64,000 nt of DNA, taken from Puccinia triticina. Lineage: Eukaryota. Below, piece by piece: positions 59,901 to 64,000 of the stretch. Under the pieces are notes generated by a model, which saw only the letters and a program-made list of their open reading frames with translations, was not told the DNA's origin and made no database searches. Both the position numbers and the translations under genes were made by a program. The DNA lies in assembly GCA_026914245.1 (NCBI GenBank), contig CP110439.1, forward strand, positions 2,418,001 through 2,482,000. Direction: 5' to 3'. Within the stretch, counting starts at the first letter, position 1; every line of letters starts with the position of its first letter.

Positions 59901-61861
59901 AACGATCCAGGTACGTTTTGTATAAGGAGCAAAGATAGTACATGACGGCGAATGAAGAAAAAGATCATTTGCTTTGGAGAAGGATGGAGTGAAACCGGAA
60001 TCAAGAAGTTGACCCAGACTAAGAATTGTTCCTGCCATTTGCCGGCTGTATAGGACCGCCGGAATCTCCCAGGTCCCATCTCCACTCGACATTCGCAGAT
60101 TCCCCCTATGAGTCGCAGTCATTGAAGCATCATTTGAAGCCAGATTTAGCTTCAACTCTTGTTTGAGCGGATACAGGAAAGAAAAACATGGGAAAGATCT
60201 GCTCACGTGAGTAGTCGCCCCAGAGTCCACAACGGCGCCAGCAACCCCTGCCCCCCCTGTCGTCGGTCCCGTGATTGATCGGATATTTGCTGAAGTGTGA
60301 GGGGCAGGCGGTCGGGCATAATCGGAAGCGGGGCGACTAGGTGTATTCGGCGGCGGAAGAAATGCATCCTGCCGGAGAACTGGGCAGTTTGAGCGCCAGT
60401 GTCCGGTGCCATTACAGTAGGAACAAATGTTGTTTTTAGCCAAGAGATGTGCCGGAGGTGGATTATTCCCACGGCGAATATTGCTGACGGCTGACATGAT
60501 ATCATCGGCAGAGGGCATTTTGGACCGAGTCTGAGTTGTATTTGGAGGGGGTTGAAACCCTTGGGGGCGGCTCGAGGTATGTTGCTGAGATCGGTTTGTC
60601 TGGTATTGGTTCGATCGGTTAGAATGTGGAAATGTTCTAAAAATGGATCCCTGTGGCTGCGCTGGATTGTCAAATCGAGTCGTTTCTCCATACATGGAAT
60701 TGATGATTGTTTGAACTTCGCGTGCCGTTGCATCCTTCTTGTTGCCAAGTTGGAGGGAGATGGTTTGGTAAAATTGAGCACGAGTCATACTTGGAGGTGC
60801 AGGAATTATAATTTGTAGGAATAGGGACTCAATAACTGGGCTGAGGGGAGCGCCCACTTTTGACAGATCAGAGAAAAGTTGAAAGAGACTGTTGAATTTT
60901 GTCTGAAGTTGAGTCAAATCTGTCGGTGGTTCAGAATTTTTTAATTCAAAGATCTTATCAAGAGTATCCACTTGTCGAAATCGAATAGAGCCTTGGAAGT
61001 TGGTCTGGATAGCTTCGAAAGCCTCGACGGCGTTCGCCGCCGAATCTGCTATAGAAGAGAGTTCGTCATGAACAGTAACTTGGATCAAGAAGAGTAACGA
61101 AGAGGATTCCTGTTCGGTGAGCGCTGGACGGTTGGTTTGGACGTCGAAAAATTTCGTATGACCTAGTGTCAATCTGATGGTGCGATTCAGCGCCCGTTTC
61201 CACTGGTTGAAGTTCGAGCCATCGGCATTGAGCATATCAATTGAATCTTTGTATTTGATTGGTTCGGAAAGAAATTTCGCCCAAGGAGTTACTTCGGACG
61301 ATCCAGCGTTGGAAGACAACATGGCTGGTTTAGATTTGTGTGTATTGGTTATGTGAAGTCGAGCAAACAGAGATGATAGTTGGTCTATCGATGGGTTCTC
61401 AGTTGGGATCCTGTCGTAAAGAAGCAGAGGTTTGAACAGGTGATTTGGGAAATATGGGGCCTTGTTCGGAACCTGAGTGCGTGATGTCGAGGGGATGAAT
61501 ACTGTTGATCCCGGGGTGTTGTTGACTGATGGTGTGTCTGGATCAGGCGGTGGAGAAGGTGGTAAAGGTGGGAGATCTAGGAGCGCTTTGTATGCCTTTG
61601 TTTGCTTAGGTCTTTTTGCTTGGGTCGGTGGTGGAAGTGGTCCCTGGATATCAGACTTGTCTCGACGAGTATTCACCATACGACGATCCGGTGTCGTATG
61701 GATTCAGTTGGAAGATGCTAGCGGTGTTGTGTGGATTCAACTCTTAATCTGTTGATACTTGACGAGGAAGAAGGAAAAAACCCGTGACGTGTCATTGCTC
61801 CCGCGGCTCCACCTCTTGACTCCCCTGGCACTCCAGGTTTGGAGTTTGTACACCCGCAACA
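56996..61861 (-). mobile_element. Full-length Ty1/Copia (Copia-D) with 112-bp LTRs
   Basis: LTRs 56996-57107 and 61750-61861 (1 difference seen); TSD AGGAG; PPT at 57108-57116; PBS GATTAAGAGT. Confidence 0.95.
57270..61679 (-). pseudogene. gag-pol: Copia-D gag-pol, broken into three ORFs
   Basis: CSYCNGTGHWRSNC, VDSGAT, WHCRLGH, RCDNAQEY, KKALYG, HVDN (D>N), ADFLTK. Confidence 0.93.
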
Positions 61862-62970
61862 AGGAGATGGGACATGGGGGGAATAGGATACGAGTTCTTT
61901 CTTGTTACTGCATTCAGCCTGCGGTAATCCACACAAAGTCAAAGTGAGCCGTCGGCTTTGGGGACAAAAAGAACCGGGAAACCAGTTGGAGATGAACTGG
62001 GTCGAATGAAACCTTTTGCTACATTCTCTGAAATGTAGTCCCGGAGAACCTTGTCCTCGGGTTCCGACAGACGGTAAATAGTACCTTTTTTAGGCACTGG
62101 TCCAATAAGATCAATGCGATGGTTGCAGCTTCGTCAAGGAGGAAGTTTATCTGCAAGGATGGTTGAGAACACGGATGCAAACTCGTGATACTCGGAAGGG
62201 ATTGTCGGTAAAATGGTTTCTAAGTCCGCTGGTTCCTCATCAAAAAAGTCGCCTTCGAAGACTTTCTGGTGAGAACCGGTTGTGATGACTCTCAATAGTG
62301 TTTCTTCAGACTCAAAACAATACTTATCCGGAAGATGAGAGCGAAGCACAGAAGGAGAGAAAGTTGATTGACTTCCAGGCACATGCATATTGCCTGGCAG
62401 AGAACCATTGCTGGATAACGCAATGAGAGATCTCAGGCTGACGAGTTCCTGAGCAGGAAAAAGAGGAGGCTCTTTGGAACTGGATAATCTCTTTTGACGA
62501 GGGTTAATTACTCCCTCGGACCAATTAATATCTGGATTCCAATGAGATAAAAAATCATAGCCAAGAATGGCGTCATCATTTCCGGTTGCATCTATGACAA
62601 GACATTCCCAATCAAAAGTTTGGAAAGAGGAAATTTGGAAAGTCCAAAGGACCTTACTTGAAAGCCATTGCATCGGCTCCGAGCAGGAACTGTAGGAAAA
62701 TAGAGGAAATTACTTCTCTAAAGAGGAAGTCTGAATAGAAAAGGAATCTACCAATTTCCGGCTGACAAAGGAGCGTGTAGCTCCAGAATCGATTAGCACG
62801 GAGTATGGCGAGTCTTCCCGGAAAAGAATCAACCTAAGTTGATTCGAGGAAGCTGTTTGTAACAAACAGATTTTGGGCTTGAATTTAGAAGGAAAAGGAG
62901 GAACAGGGTCAATGGCACTTTGGGAATTAACGCAGTTGTCTTTGCATTGATCAAAACAACTACTTAGGCT
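61862..62970 (-). pseudogene. pol: Gypsy-2 protease and RT N-terminus
   Basis: LIDSGAT near 62785, AILGYDFL, SYPIP; frameshifted. Confidence 0.85.
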
Positions 62971-64000
62971 TTTCCCGCTTTGCGAGCAGCGCGCTTGGCG
63001 CAGTCCTCAAACTTATGTTGACCCCCACAGTACAAACACAATCCAGCCTTCAATCTTCGTTCTTTCTTGCCCGCCTGCAGGTGGCCGTTGGTCAGAACCT
63101 TGGTGATCTCCGCGGCAGCTTTTGAAGTCGGCTTGGAGGCGGAGGATCCGGCGGTGGAGCCGGTTTGTCCTGAATTGGCGATCTTGCTAGAGTTGTCCTT
63201 CTTGGACTGGGCGGGGTGGGAGTTGTTCTCGCAACGTTTTTCTTTCTGACGTTCATGGTAGCGCACATCGATGCGGAGAGTCGCGTCGATGAGTTCCCCT
63301 AAATTGAGAAACTCCTTGGCGTTGTTCTGAGACAAGAGGTCGAGAATGCGTGAGGGGAGCCCCTTTCAGAAATGAAACATCAACGGACGATCGCCCCAAC
63401 CCGGAAGGCGGGACTGGAGGGCTCGGAAACTGGCGATGTAGTTGGAGGCGTGATTGGTCTCTTTCATCATGAGCGTGTCGATGCGATGTTTGGTGGCGCG
63501 GAGCTCGTTTGGATTGCTGAAGAGGGTGACAATCTGAGCTTCAAAAACGGCCCAGGAGTTCATTAAAAAATCGGGAGCGGCGTTCTCCAGAACCTCCAAA
63601 TAGGGTTGGACCCAGTCGAACGCTTTGCCGGTCAGATAAGATGAGGCGTAGAGCGTTCGGGCACGATCAGTGGGAAAAGTGCGAGGATCGTTCAGGAAAA
63701 TCAACTTGCATTGCTGCAAGAAGACTCGGAGTTTGCTGGGAGATGAGCCGTCGAAAGGATCTGGTTTCTTCATCTCGGGAGTGCGGAAAGCAGGTCGAGG
63801 GACTGGTTCTGGAACAACCGCTGGTAACGCGCCTCGGCCCACAATGGTGGCCAAGAGCTGGATGGCCTGGGCTAGAGACTCGTTGGAGACCGGTGCCGCA
63901 ACGGCGGGGCTGGGAGCAGGAAGGGGATTCGTCTCAGGGCGAGGGGGCGGCTCCGGGCGATCGTGACCGTCCGGAGAATCGTTGATCTCCTCTCCGTTGA
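62964..64000 (-). pseudogene. gag: Gypsy-2 gag (5' end outside the window)
   Basis: KPDPFDG, ASSYLTGKAFDW, CLYCGGQHKFEDC; in-frame TGA at 63366. Confidence 0.88.

Larger units (their letters stand above)
52862..64000 (-). mobile_element. Ty3/Gypsy chromovirus (Gypsy-2), decayed, running past the window end, with Copia-D nested in RT
   Basis: TGTCA end at 52862; integrase + chromodomain, RT/RNase H, protease, gag; inner boundary of the 3' LTR uncertain (perhaps 53705). Confidence 0.9.

Overview
Eukaryotic, transposon-saturated, largely gene-free region. Short GT-AG introns with CTRAC branch points and the element families present suggest a basidiomycete, probably a rust fungus (Pucciniales); this is inference. 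Nearly every base belongs to nested mobile elements, many delimited by target-site duplications (TSDs). These include four Ty1/Copia elements (one intact, 1431 aa, with apparently identical 569-bp LTRs), two decayed Ty3/Gypsy elements, and several solo LTRs, one carrying a tRNA-like cassette. There are also three non-autonomous CACTA-type elements (one a 6.8-kb foldback built around a 173-bp satellite), AAT/ATT-TSD MITEs, a Helitron with two accessory paralogues, and an AcademH-type transposon (RecQ-like helicase plus transposase, 9-bp TSD). The most interesting signal is that three Copia LTRs share a 'repeat - GT donor - spacer - repeat ending in branch point/AG' design. This could let an LTR intron be spliced yet regenerated during reverse transcription, and one LTR appears to record such an event. 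The Copia primer-binding sites also point to three different half-tRNA primers (iMet, Lys-UUU, Lys-CUU). Coordinates were read by eye and may be off by a few bases.
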